A DNA stretch of 64,000 bases from positions 11,584,001 through 11,648,000 of the forward strand of contig CP068257.2 of NCBI GenBank assembly GCA_009914755.4. Direction: 5' to 3'. Origin of the DNA: the human T2T-CHM13v2.0 reference genome, Homo sapiens. Positions 62,988-64,000 of this stretch are shown here, piece by piece. The notes under the pieces are model-generated. The model was not told where the DNA came from and did no database searches. It saw only the letters and a list, made by a program, of their open reading frames with translations. The position numbers and the translations under genes were made by a program. The first letter of the stretch is position 1; the number at the start of each line of letters is the position of its first letter.

Positions 62988-63415
62988 ACTGATATGACTT
63001 GGATCTGCCCAAATCTCATATCTAATTTTAGTCCCCATTGTTGGAGGTGGAGCCTGGTTGGAGGTGTTTGGATCATGGGGATGGATTTCTCATAAATGTT
63101 TTATCACCATCCCCTTGGTGGTGTCCTTGTGATAGTGAGTGAGTTCTTGTGAGATGTGGTTGTTTAGAAGTATGTGGCACCTCTCCCCCGCCCCCACCCC
63201 CACTCTCTCTCTTGCTCCTGTTCTCACCATGTAATGTGCTTGCTCCCTATTTGCCTTCCATTGTGATTGGAAGCTTCCTGAGGCTTCCCCAGAAACAGAG
63301 GTCATTGTGCTTCCTATACAGCCTGCAGAACTATGAACCTATTCAATCTCTTTTCTTTATAAATTACTCAGTCTCAGTTACGTATTTATAGCAATGCAAG
63401 AACAGCCTAATACAC
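62988..63415 (+). mobile_element. MaLR LTR (MST/THE1-related, fairly diverged) of ~425 bp, sense
   Basis: 'tgatatgacttggatctgcccaaatctcatatctaattttagtccccattgttggaggtggagcctggttggaggtgtttggatcatggggatggatttctcataaatgttttatcaccatccccttggtggtgtccttgtgatagtgagtgagttcttgtgagatgtggttgtttagaagtatgtggcacctctccc...ccttccattgtgattggaagcttcctgaggcttccccagaaacagaggtcattgtgcttcctatacagcctgcagaactatgaacctattcaatctcttttctttataaattactcagtctcagttacgtatttatagcaatgcaagaacagcctaataca' parallels the MaLR LTR consensus from 'TGATATGGTTTGGCTGTGTCCCCACCCAAATCTCATCTTGAATTGTA...' through to '...TTTATAAATTACCCAGTCTC.GGTATGTCTTTATTAGCA..ACA'. Confidence 0.85.
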
Positions 63416-64000
63416 CAACTAAAGATATGTTTTGTCATTAATGACTTGAACATTCTCAACTATTCATGGCATTTAACAATGCTTCATTACAAAAAATGGA
63501 TTTTTTACATTTTATGTGTTTTATTCATGATAAATGAAATGTGCTTTATTCATGATAAATTTATGTGCTTTATTCATTACAAATGAAAACTTGTTCTTTT
63601 CGTTTGTTCTTTTTATCATGAATAAAGCACATAAAATGTACCTTTCACGTTTACATTGCAGGCCCTTTTATTCCTCTCCTGCCCTTAACCTCCCCAAACA
63701 TATACATCAATAAAGAAAAGAGAAAGAGAAATGAATTAGCAGTGAGCAGTAAGTGGAAAAGATACAAGTTTTTTCATGGCCAAGTCTAAAGTCATTTTGA
63801 GTTAATTAAACACAAGCTACTACTAAGCCAATAGAGGACATATTAAGTCTTTAAAAATATTAATTGTGATTTTTCTACACTAGATTTCTGTTGCTTGATT
63901 TCTCATTCATGACTAAAATTGTTAAACCTGTTAAAATATAGAAACACTTGGGAAAAGAATCTCAAAACAATCACTCCTGAAAAGTTGGCATCTTCCCTGG

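Overview
No novel biological system is present in this window; it is repeat-dominated, gene-poor primate genomic DNA, almost certainly human or a close catarrhine relative. It is AT-rich and LINE-dense. It holds about 23 Alu SINEs, many with poly-A tails and intact target-site duplications, plus several L1 fragments of different ages. It also holds one ancient L2 3' end, several MaLR-type LTRs, one full-length Hsmar1 mariner DNA transposon, and many microsatellites. I find no convincing protein-coding exon, no rRNA/tRNA gene and no CpG island. CRISPR, operons and other prokaryotic feature types do not apply. Nearly every ORF in the six-frame track is a translation of a repeat: the Alu-antisense '[14 protein letters not shown]...' motifs, L1 ORF2 fragments, Hsmar1 transposase fragments, or microsatellite runs. 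The things worth a second look are structural and mechanistic. (1) A single L1 insertion with the classic twin-priming 5' inversion and an intact 13-bp TSD at 11014-13019. (2) An Hsmar1 copy with intact TIRs inserted in the 3' tail of an older L1. (3) Several recent local tandem duplications, including a ~98% identical 2x132 bp duplication at 31316-31579 and a perfect 42-bp duplication at 57391-57476; both are candidate copy-number polymorphisms. (4) Young Alu insertions with perfect long TSDs and tail-derived tetranucleotide microsatellites; the (GAAA)n at 5485-5600 is likely hypervariable. (5) A closely spaced inverted Alu pair at 39256-39732 that could form a hairpin.
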